Shown piece after piece: positions 17,680 through 29,363 of a stretch of DNA of 64,000 nucleotides. How positions within the stretch are numbered: position 1 is the first letter of the stretch; each line of letters begins with the position of its first letter. A program made the translations under genes and the position numbers. This DNA comes from Adineta vaga (Eukaryota > Animalia > Rotifera): NCBI GenBank assembly GCA_021613535.1, contig CP075494.1, forward strand, positions 13,392,001 to 13,456,000, in the 5' to 3' direction. Below the pieces are notes generated by a model. The model was not told where the DNA came from. It made no database searches and saw nothing but the letters and a program-made list of their open reading frames with translations.

Positions 17680-20600
17680 ATGACGCGAAATAATCGTGCT
17701 AAATTCAAAGATGCTTCATCACCAACATCACCATCAATGAAAGATGATTTTAGTGATTTACCTGATCTATCAACTTTTCGAGATGAAGAAAAACAACATA
17801 TACTCGATGTTTTAGAACGTGATGAACATCTTCGCAGTAGACATTTATCACGTTTTACGTATGTTTAGAAAATCATTCAATACATAGATATGACAAATCT
17901 ATATGATTTTCTTTTTAATAGAAATCTTCGAAAAGAAGTAACAGATCTTGAACAGCTATCACAACAAGTATCTGCATCGATGTGTGCTCGATGTAAAACA
18001 CCATTTGGATATATATTTAATACTGGTGATGCTTGTCCAAAATGTAGTGCAAAAGTTTGTAAACAATGCCGACTGTTGTATAATGCTAATGACAACGGAT
18101 GGTTATGTCAATTATGTTGTAAACAAATGTAAGTATTTTAAAAGACGATATAAATGTTATACACTGATTGATTTTAGGCAATTAATGAGTTATTCCGGTG
18201 AATGGTTATATACAATGAATAATAAATTCAAGAAAACTTCAGATGATAATAAAGCTGAATCTAATCTGTATGCTGCATCTGCACCAAGTATGATTTCCAA
18301 GATATCTTCATTTGTTCTTCTCACATTTGTTAGTTATAGATTCAATTATTGAATCAAGTTCTGATTCAGAACCCGAAATTATTAGTACAACAGTGAATCC
18401 AATGAATCGATTTCAACAACAAATAGTACCTAGCAAAATATCGAAACAGAAAGCGAATAATGCCAATAGTAAAACTAACAAAATGATAGTTCAAAGTGAA
18501 ATTGACGAACAAAAATTGAAATTTATTCGAGATCATATAAAACGACGTCCTGTCGATGCGTCATTTACGCAACCATTACCAAGACGAACTCTTCAACTTC
18601 CGTCAACTTCAAATACGGTTTTTAGTTCATCAGAAGATGTCAATCCCGTTTCGAATCAAGTTCAAAAACCGAAAAAACAGGATCTATTATCACCGAAAAA
18701 GATTGACGTAGTAGTAGTAAAACCGCAATCACATGAAAATCTGAAAGTTGAAACGAAAGACGATGAAATCGATCGTAAATCAATAGCATCATCCGAATGG
18801 ATAGATCCTTCGAAGAAATCGAAAAGACACAGATTAAAGTTACGACCATCTCGTCAACAATCTACTAGTAAGTTTAAAGATTTTAATTGACGTTTATCCT
18901 TCGAACGAGGATTTTAGTTGAGAAAGTATTTGACTGAGAAACTAAGGTACACTTTCAATATCAAAATAAAACCAACGTATTAAATTTGTAATATTTAAAT
19001 TTTCTAGCATGAATAATATATAAATACTAACTTTGATAGCTGAATGTAGGATTAAAGATTAATAGAATTCATTATTCATGATTTTGAATGTTTGATCTTG
19101 ATTTTATTATGAGAAATATGTATCAAATGAAAATATCGTTATGTTCTATACAATTTACTGTACTTTATTCTAGATGATTCTAAACTTAGTTTAGAATCGA
19201 TTTCAACTGAAAAACCGTCACATAAACATCTTAGTGCATCAATGCAAAATTTGCGTGATACAGTACATCGTATTACACCTTCGCAATTATTATCATCACG
19301 TACTTCTTTAGCTACGAAAAATCAACGTTTATCTGTCGCTTCCAATGCTCCATCGGTTAATGATAATGATGCCACAGCTGCAAAAATGCCTGCTATAGAA
19401 AACAGATTAGGTACGTATCCGACGTGGTCTAGTGGTTAGGATTTCTGCCTTTCACGCAGGAGGCCCGGGTTCGATTCCCGGCGTCGGAATCATTCTTTTT
19501 TCTGCTGTATAACGTTTTCTTTTTCTTCTTTGCGTACTTTTTTTTTCTACATACGTATATTTTCGATCCGCTTATTGGTGTTTTCTAAAGAATGTTTTTT
19601 ACGGTCGAAAGCCGCGCATAAGATTGAATGCGCGTGAGATTAAACACGCGCTAGTTGAATGCTTATACGCTTGAACGATTCTCATCCTGATACAACTATT
19701 ACATTGATCTGAATAACTGATTCATTACGTATACAATACTTTCTTTATATTTTTTTATCGTTTCTTCTCTTTCATTGGTTTTTCTTTTGCACTGGAAATC
19801 AATCAATCATAACCGATCAATATTGTGTGGTTTCATAATTTGTTTATATTACTTGCACAGTTATTATTTGTGTGTCTCTGTGGTTGTAAAGACAGAAAAG
19901 AAAACAAATCGTATTTATATCAATAATGGCTTATTATCAACAAAAATACGTAAGATATGAAATGATAATGATCGTTTTTTTTCCCTTCAACTGAGTCAAT
20001 ATCATATGGTGCAGTTTTAACTTAGTAGCGTTTCTAATTAGTGTTTTATTCCACTCTGAGAGAAGAAAAAGAACCGTTTTCATCTATGAAATCATATAAA
20101 GTAGACAGAAAAAGAAGAGTATATATATTTACTCGTACATTATAAACACTTGTACTACACTTTATGACACATCAGTCATGCTCGAATAAACATCGTTAAC
20201 TTGACGCCAATTTTCTGAGCATTGTAAATAGACATAATTATCGAAGAGGAGAAAAAGAAGAGAAAAAAAACCGTCAAACGAACGACAGACAAGTTAAATC
20301 AAATGATTCTCTCATGTCTTCTGATATGAAAAGATTTTTATTCAACAATGTCAAGCAATAATTTCAAATTTTTATAGTATCATGACGGACCTTTATCAGT
20401 ATGAACAACAAACAAAACAACAATCACAAACAAATCTTCCTGCACATACATCGATTTTAACAAATACGAATATGCCGAGTTTTTATCCTGCAACAAGACA
20501 TCGTTCATTTATTAGTAAACACTTGACGGATCATGACGATGATGATGATCCAGATTCTATTTATAAAGAAGCATTTATTGTACAAATATTTCAACATTGG

Positions 20601-23600
20601 AAACTTAAAACCCTGGAACATCAACAAGCGCTACATAACCCTGAAAATATCACAACATCTAATGATTTTTTACAACCACCGCCTATTAACACATCTGTAC
20701 CTGTAGAACTATCAACTAACGAAATTACTCCTATTGAAATATCATCAAGTGACAATAAAGATGAAGTACCGAACGTTAATGAATCTCTTAAACCAAACGG
20801 ACCGACAATGCAAAAACGAGCAATACCATTAGTAACTACGCAAACACGAAGACATACTGCTTTTAAAAAAAGTTTTTCAACACCTGCTGATTCTTCAAAT
20901 CCTAATTTGTTAACACCTCATGCTAAAACAAAATCTGGACCTACTGTAACCATAACTACAGCAAAAAAACCGACGAAACCAGCACCTATTTTTATTGCAC
21001 CAAAAAAATCTCAGCCACCATCACAACCACGTTCATACGCTTGGCTTTCTACTGAAGAATCTTTACAGGCTAAACGTAAAGGTACTGTGGAGAAACCCAA
21101 TTTACTCAGTGTTGATCTTAATTCTATTCCTATTTCTCCTGCGTGGGCTCCCGCACCACCAACAACACCAACACGTTTCTTTTCTCAATCACCTGGGACG
21201 TCATTTGATGATGATGAAACATCCGGTGATGAAAATAATCATGAAAGTTTATTAATTCGAAATAAAAGACTTTTTAAAAAACCAACACAAACGAAAGAAA
21301 AACATCCTCTATCTATACCTTCCAATCTAATCATTCCAACCGCGATTTGCGTCACCGATCCGCATGGACACTCACGTGTATTTGATTTTTCAAGTGATTG
21401 GATGGATGAATTTGCTAATAGTAAACGTATTGTAGAAAATGATTTTCTTGCATCAACTTCATACAATTCGAATAATATCGATGAAAATTCATTACCATGT
21501 CCAATCTTGCCCATGACATCATCATCATCATCATCCTCACCATCACCGAATAGTCTAGATAAATATCCATTACATAGTATTGGCGAAGAAGAAGAAGAAG
21601 ATCAATATGAACAGCGCAATTCGTTGGAAAAAGAAAATCAAGATAGTATCATTCTATCCAAAGAACTTGATCGTATTGAAGCTTATTCTCGATCACGACA
21701 GACAAATGTCAATGTAGAGAAAAAAGATTTTGATCAAAATTCAACAAAAAATCGAAAAGTACAATTAGAAAGACGATGGAGTGATAGTTTTGTTAGTGAT
21801 GATGAAGATCATCTACAATCACAACAATCTTCACTGATTAAAATGGCAAGCGCAACATCAATTATAAAACCTCCACCAGCTAAATTATCCAAAACAAAAT
21901 ATCTTCTTATGAAATTGCATCTAGCACCATCGCCGATAAAGGATGATGATTCAAATATATCAGCAACATCAAATTTAACGAATCCACCACCTCGAAAACG
22001 AACAGTACGTCGATCAACAGACAAAAAACGCTATCAAACACGCTAAGACGAAAAAGACAAACAAACATTTCTATCATTGTTTTTTTTCTCTCTTACTGTA
22101 ATTTCTTTCCGTTTTTGTTCTTCGAATATAACACTAGTTCTTTTTATTATTTAATCCTATAGTAACTCTGATATTTAGATGCTCCAATAAAACATGAACA
22201 ACCAGAGATATCCGTAGAACAAACGAAAAAGTCACCTGATATTAATCGACAGGAATCATCTCTTTCAGTTGTTTCAACAAAAAAAAGTGAATTACAACCA
22301 AAGCAAAATCTTTTAACAGCATCACATAGTATTGCAACAACTAACAATGCATACCACCGTGAAGGTCGCTTTAAAAATGTGGAAAATCATGAAGAATCTC
22401 GAACAAATCGAACGGCAAGCGTTGGAACGCGCGCATCCGGTGGTGACAGTGACGATGATATCGATCGTAATTTCCGTAAAGTAAAATTGGTAAGTTGTTA
22501 ACATTTTATAGAAAACTTCTGAATTAAAATCGAATATTGATAAATACATCATGAGAAATTCATATACTATAGGATAAAACTAAACGATCATCATCATTTT
22601 TAAGTCTACGTGTAAGATTCTACTAATGCTTGCTGAATTAATACGATTCTATTCTTTGATAATCATTTATTGTTTATCTAGGGATCACAATTAAGTCTCA
22701 ATAGTGGAATAAGTGAATCTAAAGCTAATTATGATCTTGATATAACTGGTACAATTGAAATAAGACTTTCTTTTAATTTGAAATCAACTTCATTGGAAAT
22801 ATTTATTAATAAATGTACGAATTTAGCTCGTGCAAAACGAAATCAAACATCTAATCCGTAAGTATCTTTCAACTAGAATATCATTTCATTTGCATCAATG
22901 TTTATAGTTACTGTAAATGTTATTTATTACCTGATCCATCGAAATCCAGTAAATCAAAAACATCTGTTAAAAAACATACAACTGATCCAGTCTTTGCTGA
23001 AACATTGCGAGTATAAAATTTCGATCTATATGACAATAAGAAAAAGCTTCTGTTTTTTTTTTAAATTTGTTTATTACTTATAGTATCATTTGAGTAGTGA
23101 AGATTTTAGTTCACGTATTATATGGATTTCGGTTTGGAATCAATCATCATTAGGACGCAATGATTTTCTTGGTGAAATACATATTCCATTAGCTCATTGT
23201 ACGTTAGATAAACTGGAAGAATATACTTTACAACGTCAAATGCCAAATGATGATGTAATTATTTTTTTCCAAAATTTGATTACGATATTTTATTTCTCTC
23301 TGACTAGCTTACATCAAATATGGAAACACAAGGAGATTCAAATACCTTACAATTTGAATTAACTTTTGTCGAAGATCGAAAGAATAAAGAAGTAGGAACT
23401 ATTCAAATTAGTGCAATTCAAGGTATCGGTATTTCTTATGGTAAACATCCTGTTGATGCAATTTGTAAAGGGTAAATATGACTAGATCGTTAATGTTTTA
23501 TTTGAATTTGAATCGATCTTATTTATGTAGGATATTAATGCCTGATAAATTGAAACGTAAATTACCAACAATACGAAAAGGACCATCACCAAAATGGGAT

Positions 23601-23867
23601 GTTCCATTACGATGGGAAAATATTCGTCGTAAAAATTTACCAAGTACATCTCTTGAAATTAGTATCTGGTCTCAAGAACGTTTTCGAAAGACAATGATTG
23701 GTTCTATTCAATTACATTCAACACCAGACCATACAGATAATAATAAATCAGCCAAGGGATCTAATGCATTAAAAGATGAAAAATCCATTTGGGAAGCATT
23801 TTTAAAAGATCCAACGAAAACACACAATTGTCGACTTCCATTACGATCAAATACTCAAGAAAAATAA
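17680..23867 (+). CDS. SYTL: Synaptotagmin-like protein (Slp4/5, bitesize-like; Rab27 effector)
   Basis: N-terminal Slp homology domain (DLSTFRDEEKQHILDVLERDEHLR; CARC..CPKC..VCKQC..WLCQLC; SGEW). Tandem C2 domains (ITGTIEIRLSFN..SNPYCKCYLLPD..WISVWNQSSLGRNDFLGE; C2B in 23478..23867). Exons 17680-17858, 17922-18128, 18178-18287, 18340-18867, 19174-19410, then from 22179 onward. Confidence 0.88.
19418..19489 (+). tRNA. tRNA-Glu(TTC), inside a SYTL intron
   Basis: Acceptor stem TCCGACG/CGTCGGA, D arm GTCTAGTGGTTAGGAT, anticodon arm TCTGC-CTTTCAC-GCAGG, T arm CCGGG-TTCGATT-CCCGG, T-run terminator at about 19497. Confidence 0.95.
20382..22046 (+). CDS. 554-aa S/T/P-rich, probably disordered orphan ORF nested in a SYTL intron (nested gene or alternative exon)
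   Basis: 1665-nt uninterrupted ORF in ~30% GC DNA with its own ATG and stop, preceded by an acceptor-like TTTTATAG at 20377. It lies in the intron 19411-22178. Confidence 0.75.
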   Translation: MTDLYQYEQQTKQQSQTNLPAHTSILTNTNMPSFYPATRHRSFISKHLTDHDDDDDPDSIYKEAFIVQIFQHWKLKTLEHQQALHNPENITTSNDFLQPPPINTSVPVELSTNEITPIEISSSDNKDEVPNVNESLKPNGPTMQKRAIPLVTTQTRRHTAFKKSFSTPADSSNPNLLTPHAKTKSGPTVTITTAKKPTKPAPIFIAPKKSQPPSQPRSYAWLSTEESLQAKRKGTVEKPNLLSVDLNSIPISPAWAPAPPTTPTRFFSQSPGTSFDDDETSGDENNHESLLIRNKRLFKKPTQTKEKHPLSIPSNLIIPTAICVTDPHGHSRVFDFSSDWMDEFANSKRIVENDFLASTSYNSNNIDENSLPCPILPMTSSSSSSSPSPNSLDKYPLHSIGEEEEEDQYEQRNSLEKENQDSIILSKELDRIEAYSRSRQTNVNVEKKDFDQNSTKNRKVQLERRWSDSFVSDDEDHLQSQQSSLIKMASATSIIKPPPAKLSKTKYLLMKLHLAPSPIKDDDSNISATSNLTNPPPRKRTVRRSTDKKRYQTR

Positions 23868-24363
23868 AGAACTTGTGACTAATTTATTATGTCTTCTGAA
23901 TCACTGGTGCTCTCTTCTTATCTTTAAACTTCTTATATTTATGAACGTATCCAAAAAGATTCGACATTTTCTTATGTATTTTGTCATGTTAAAGGTGCTC
24001 TTATTTCATTAAAATAAATTTTGCAAATGATTAATTTCTTAGACTAACCATCAGCGCCATCTATCGTTCTTATCTAAACAACTTTTGATAAAACTTATTC
24101 GTACGCATTAATTTCTATAATTAGAATCTTAATTATATATATGAATTATTCAAATTTACACTTAAATAACTTGACATAAATATGAGTCATAATGAATGAA
24201 TAAGAAATCGTCCTGGCGTTTGCCCATTCTACTATATAATGTTTGTTCATTCACGTCATTTGCTTGTTGTCTAGTTTGACTCATTTACATATTCATATTC
24301 ATATGCTTTTCTCCTTTCTCTTAAATAGATTCTTGTTTTATAGCAATTATCATTATACAAATT

Positions 24364-25265
24364 ATGGATAAAATCAAAGAATTTTTTCATACAAAAACAC
24401 CCAAAGAAATCATGCAAGAAAATAAACGAGCAATTCGACAAGCAAGACGTGAACTTGAACGAGAAAAAAATCGTTTAAATAATGAAAAAACCCGTAATGA
24501 AAATGAAATTCGTAAATTAGCTGCTAAAGGTGAACAGGTTAGTTAAATTCTTGTTTTTCAAAATTCATTTTAATTCAATTCGATTCTTCATAGAAAGCCT
24601 TACGAACTTATGCAAAAAATATTGTTAATCAACGAAATCAAATCAATAAATTAGGTGCAATGGACGCAACATTATCTACATTAGAATCAGAAGCATCATC
24701 AATGAATGCTCAAATGACAATGGCCAGTGTTATGGTTAAAACAACGAAAACATTAGCTCGATTAAATCGAATGGTTCGTTTTTTTTCTTCATGAAAATTT
24801 TCTTTTTAGTTAAACAATTCTCTCGATTTTAGATGCCATTAGCTGATTTTCAAAAAACAATGCAAATGTTTGAACAAAATATGACAGCTAATAATATAAA
24901 ACAAGAAATGATGAATGATGCTATGGATGCTGCATTCGAAGGTGAGGAGGATGAAGAAGAAACGTAAGTGAAAAATCATTGATTTATAAAATCAAACTCA
25001 TAAAAATCGATTTTTAGTGAAGTACTTGTTGATCAAGTGCTTAACGAACTTAATATTACCATGGCAAATCAAATACCAAGTAAATATCTTATCTTACCTG
25101 ATAAAAATGATTCACTGTCATTTTGTTTTCTCTATTGTTCTTATCTTAGATGCACAAAGTAATACAATTGCTGCTCGTGTTGCTAATCCAGCACAAGGTC
25201 AACAAGCAATCTCGACAGCTGATGCTGATTTAGAAGCTCGTTTAGATGCATTACGTCGCAATTGA
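24364..25265 (+). CDS. CHMP2A: ESCRT-III subunit CHMP2A/Vps2
   Basis: 5 exons in frame: KTPKEIMQENKRAIRQARRELERE..; KQEMMNDAMDAAFEGEEDEEETEVLVDQVLNEL; C-terminal MIM ADADLEARLDALRRN. Confidence 0.9.
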
Positions 25266-25542
25266 ATGATTTTGACATGTACAAATTAAACAGACATGAT
25301 TAGAAATTCTACAAATCAATTTTACTTTCTTTTTTCTTTGCCTATACTCTAAAAGATTATTTTTTTTGTTATTATTATTGATCTCTGTACTTTTGCTATA
25401 TCAGAAGAAAAAGAAAACACATCATACTTTATTTTGTCATTCTGCCATGGTATTGCGCAAGACCGAGGTAATTTCGAAAAGGAAAGAAAAAATAAGTATA
25501 TAAAAATGAGTCAAAATGTAGTGGTAAACAAAAAAAGTCAAA

Positions 25543-27129
25543 ATGACGCAGAACAAGCAACAACAACAAGAAGAATTGCTTATCTTGAAGTCGATTTTAG
25601 GTGATACGATTACTGATCTAGGTGATGACAATGATCAATTTGAAATCGATATTGAATTTCAATTACCTTCACCATTCTATTTACGTCTTGTGGATACTTC
25701 AAATCAATTATCAACACAAATTCAACATCTTCCACCATTGATTTTAACAGTACATTTTCATGAACAATATCCATCATCCATCGATTCGCCAACATTTGTT
25801 CTTTCTTCATGTTATTTATCTCGACAATATCTTGAAAACATGTGCGAAAAATTAGATCAAATTTGGGAACAAAATATTAGTGAACCAATTGTTTATCAAT
25901 GGATTGAATGTCTGAAAGAATCATTTTTATCTGTTAATGAACTCTGTTTAACTAATACAGACATAGACAATGAGCACGATGAACCACGAGCAATGTCTAG
26001 TTATGAACCTGATCAAGCAACATCGATCTACGAACATTTAATTGAATATAATCGAACGAAGGAGAATGAAAGATTTCTTCAGGAATATCACGAATGTCCA
26101 ATTTGTATATCAAGTGATATTCCTGGACGTGATATGATACGTTTATTTAAATGTAATCATGCATTTTGTCGACAATGTCTTCGTGAATATGGTCAATTAC
26201 AGATTAATACAGGTTCAGTTGAATGGTTACTTTGTCCTCATTCCGAATGTCAATTAGCAATGTTGCCATCGGAAATCAAACTTATAGTTAATGATAATCA
26301 ATTATATGAGAAATATGAACGATTATTATTACAGAAAACTCTGGAACAAATGTTAGATGTCGTTTGGTGTCCAAGGTAAATTAAAATGTATATCTATGAA
26401 AAAAATATCTTTGTTAGTTTATTGTTCAGATGTCAACAGCCAGTTTTAACTGGAAATGAAAATGATAATCTTGCTTTATGTGATCAATGTCGTTTTCCAT
26501 TTTGTAAAAAATGTAAAAAAACATACCATTCAGAAACTTTATGTGGTAAAGATTTGGAATTGGCAGAATTAAAAGCAAATTATCGTAAATTACGACAAGC
26601 TTTCCATAAACATAAATTATCATCAACAGAAACAGATAATCTTCTACGTGAATTTCTTGCCGTTGCTAAAATGGAAAATACGACACGTCTCTGTCCTAAT
26701 CCACTTTGTCGAACGCCAATCGAGAAAAATGAAGGATGTGATCATATGTATTGTATTCGTTGTCGTCGTCCTTTTAATTGGAGTGATGCAAAAGATGAAA
26801 CAGCTGAAACGAAGATCTTATTTGAAGTTTTTCAAAATGATATGAGTCAAGTACATGATTTATTATCAAATGGACCAAATACTGATGTTGATAGTGCTAG
26901 TTTGAATACTTTACAATCTAAATCGTTACCATTAGTAGTTAAACTGTTTAATTCTCGTACAATAAAATGTCCATATGTCAAATGTGAAAAAATACAAGTC
27001 AAGTTTGGCACAAGTAATTATATTATTTGTCAATATTGTAAACGAGGTTTTTGTTCCTCATGTGGTCGTTCTGTAATCAGCGAGAAAACTCATTTTAAAC
27101 GTTCCTGTAAAAGATATTCAAACGAGTAG
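25543..27129 (+). CDS. RNF14: RWD + RBR E3 ubiquitin ligase, RNF14-like
   Basis: RWD (QQEELLILKSI..HLPPLILTVHFHEQYPS), RING1 (CPIC..CNHAFCRQC..CPHSEC), IBR (VVWCPR/CQQP..CDQCRFPFCKKCKKTYH..C), RING2 (CPNPLC..IEKNEGCDHMYC). One intron at about 26376-26429. Confidence 0.88.
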
Positions 27130-27201
27130 TGAATCGAAAGAAAAGTAAACATTAAAAAACAAAACAAATGCATGTTTTTATATTGTCAACAATCTCAAGT
27201 T

Positions 27202-29130
27202 TTAAAGCGATGTCAACGAAATATCTTCTGCATTAATTAATAAATTACTTCTATCGTCAGATTTTTCATTTGAAGATTTGTTTTGTATAACACCAAATAA
27301 TTGTAAACGTTTATTTCCAGGATCCGTAACAATAACAGTTCCATCATTGGTTATATCTAAACCACATGGACGTTTCAATTGTCCTATTCCATCACCTTCT
27401 GTACCAAAACTTGTAATATAATTACCATCCGATGTACAAATCACAATACGATGATGACCAGTATCAGAGATAAAAATCCGATCTTGATCATCGACAGCTA
27501 AACCAGCAGCATTATCCAATCCTAACTCATTTTCATCTGATATGAAAAATGGATTAACATATATTCGTCTAAAAACATATATACATATCTATGTAAAGAT
27601 TTACGATGATCAAATAAATTTACCCATTAGTACGTTTTGGAACAAAACATATAGCATCACCCGCACCAACAATACAAACAAGTTGATCAGAATTTTTTTG
27701 GATAGCAATTCGAATAGGATCTAATTGATATTTCTTTTTATAATTTAAAAATAATTCGATAATTCGTTCACATATTCCATCGGGTGTAAAAACTTGTATA
27801 CGACAATTACCACGATCACAAACATATAAATATCCATCACTTCTATCAGTCGCAATACCGGCTGGTTGAAAGAATTGATGTATTTGATTACCTTCCGTAC
27901 CTAATTTAAATTGTTTATATGAATAAGAATTAGTACCATTTTGAGAATCATTCGGTGAGTACATGTGAAGACAATGACCGAAATGACTGGCAACAATGAC
28001 TGTACCATTAGTGGTAATGGCAATAGCTGTAGGTCGAAATTTAATCATAGTTGAATTATTAATAATATGTTCAAAAGTTTTATTCATATCGTAGATTTCA
28101 ACAACACTTCGACCGACATCACATAGATAGATTTTTTTTGTTTCATGATGAATAGAAACATCAACTGGTTGTGTTTCATCTTTTACTTGAAGATTGATAG
28201 ATTCTGAACGTGTTACATTCGAATATCGTTCTTTTAAAGAAAGATCATCAGGAGTTGAATCATGTACTAATGATTGATTGTTGTAAGAAAACTTTGCCAT
28301 TTGATCCTGTTTAAATTGTTGATAAATTTCTTCTCGATCGGGTGACGATGATGGTTGCTTGTATAATATTCCTAGAGCAGGAATACGTTGTACGAATCGA
28401 TCGATTTTATGCTAAAGTATGATATATAAATATAAAGCAAAAGGAACTTTACAAAAAAATTAACGAATTCTTACTGATAATCCTTTTTGTTTGTATGGTT
28501 TTTCAAACGAATAGTATCCTTCTTGAATGGGAACAGATCCATCTTCTGTTCCATAAGTAACACCTATTTATAAAGAAGAATTTTTATTTTATTTCTCCTA
28601 TATTTCTACGATATATACCTTCAGGATACTCTTGATTCCACTCTTCGAAAGAACCTTCTCCAGAGTCCCAATAGGGTTTTGGTTTTTGCTCAATAATATG
28701 AACTTGAGGTTGAACACTTCCAGATGTTGTACCTTTTGATAATTGATTAATGATACTGAATAGAGGTGGAGAGTTTGCGGTGTTTTGATCAGAAGAATTT
28801 CTTGAATCTCTAAATAAACTTTGAGTATGTTGGCGAAAAATAAATCGTTCGTATTACTCTGTATATGATGATTGACTATCATATAGATTGATTTGTTTGT
28901 TCGAACTAATTGATGATACACGTTTCCAGAGACTACGATATGAGGGAGGATGATTCGAACTATTACTGTTCGATCGATTCAATTCTTTTCGTGCTATAAT
29001 AATAATAATAAAATCATCGATATGTCACTTTTTTGTCAATTGAACGAAAAAAAAACGAATCATGCTTACAATGTGAACCCTGAGATGACTTATTCATTTC
29101 ATTTGTCGATGGATCAAAATTACTGGCCAT
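27202..29130 (-). pseudogene. NHL-repeat (beta-propeller) protein with one in-frame TAA in exon 2 (28856-28854); a shorter product from ATG 28300 is possible
   Basis: Exons 29130-29070, 28993-28619, 28563-28475, 28411-27624, 27568-27202 have consistent phases. NHL repeats (FFQPAGIATD..LYVCDRGNCRIQVF; IFISDTGHHRIVI..FGTEGDGIGQLKRPCGL..VTDPGNKRLQLF). Exon 2 reads ..SSYTE*YERFIFRQ.. Confidence 0.72.
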
Positions 29131-29363
29131 ACTTGAGGTTGGATGTACTTTTTTTTATCAAAGAAAAGTATGATATTGATACTAAAAAGAAAATGTATAT
29201 GTGTGCAATGATTTACATGATAGCAATGTGCATTTGTATCTCATCTACTACATTTATCGACACACCTGACTGCACAGATTTTTCTCTATCGTGAAGGTAA
29301 CGAACGAAAGCTGTCATCTATTCTTATTCTTTGTAGGCGTTTATCACGGAACAAGAGGTTATA

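Noticed and set aside
11503-17683. Short Phe/Ile/Leu-rich ORFs in the Tbx-SYTL intergenic region
   Set aside because: Composition matches random AT-rich DNA and microsatellites; no splice-consistent gene model.
19928-19954. GGCTTATTATCAAC...|GTAAG resembles the 5' part of the bdelloid spliced leader as I recall it (GGCTTATTACAACTTACCAAGAG) followed by a donor site
   Set aside because: Only the first ~13 nt match, with a gap. The 3' half differs and no clear Sm site or SL stem-loops follow, so it is not called an SL RNA gene.
28598-28921. 107-aa ORF from the track as NHL exon 2
   Set aside because: Wrong frame. The flanking splice phases select the other frame, which contains the TAA.
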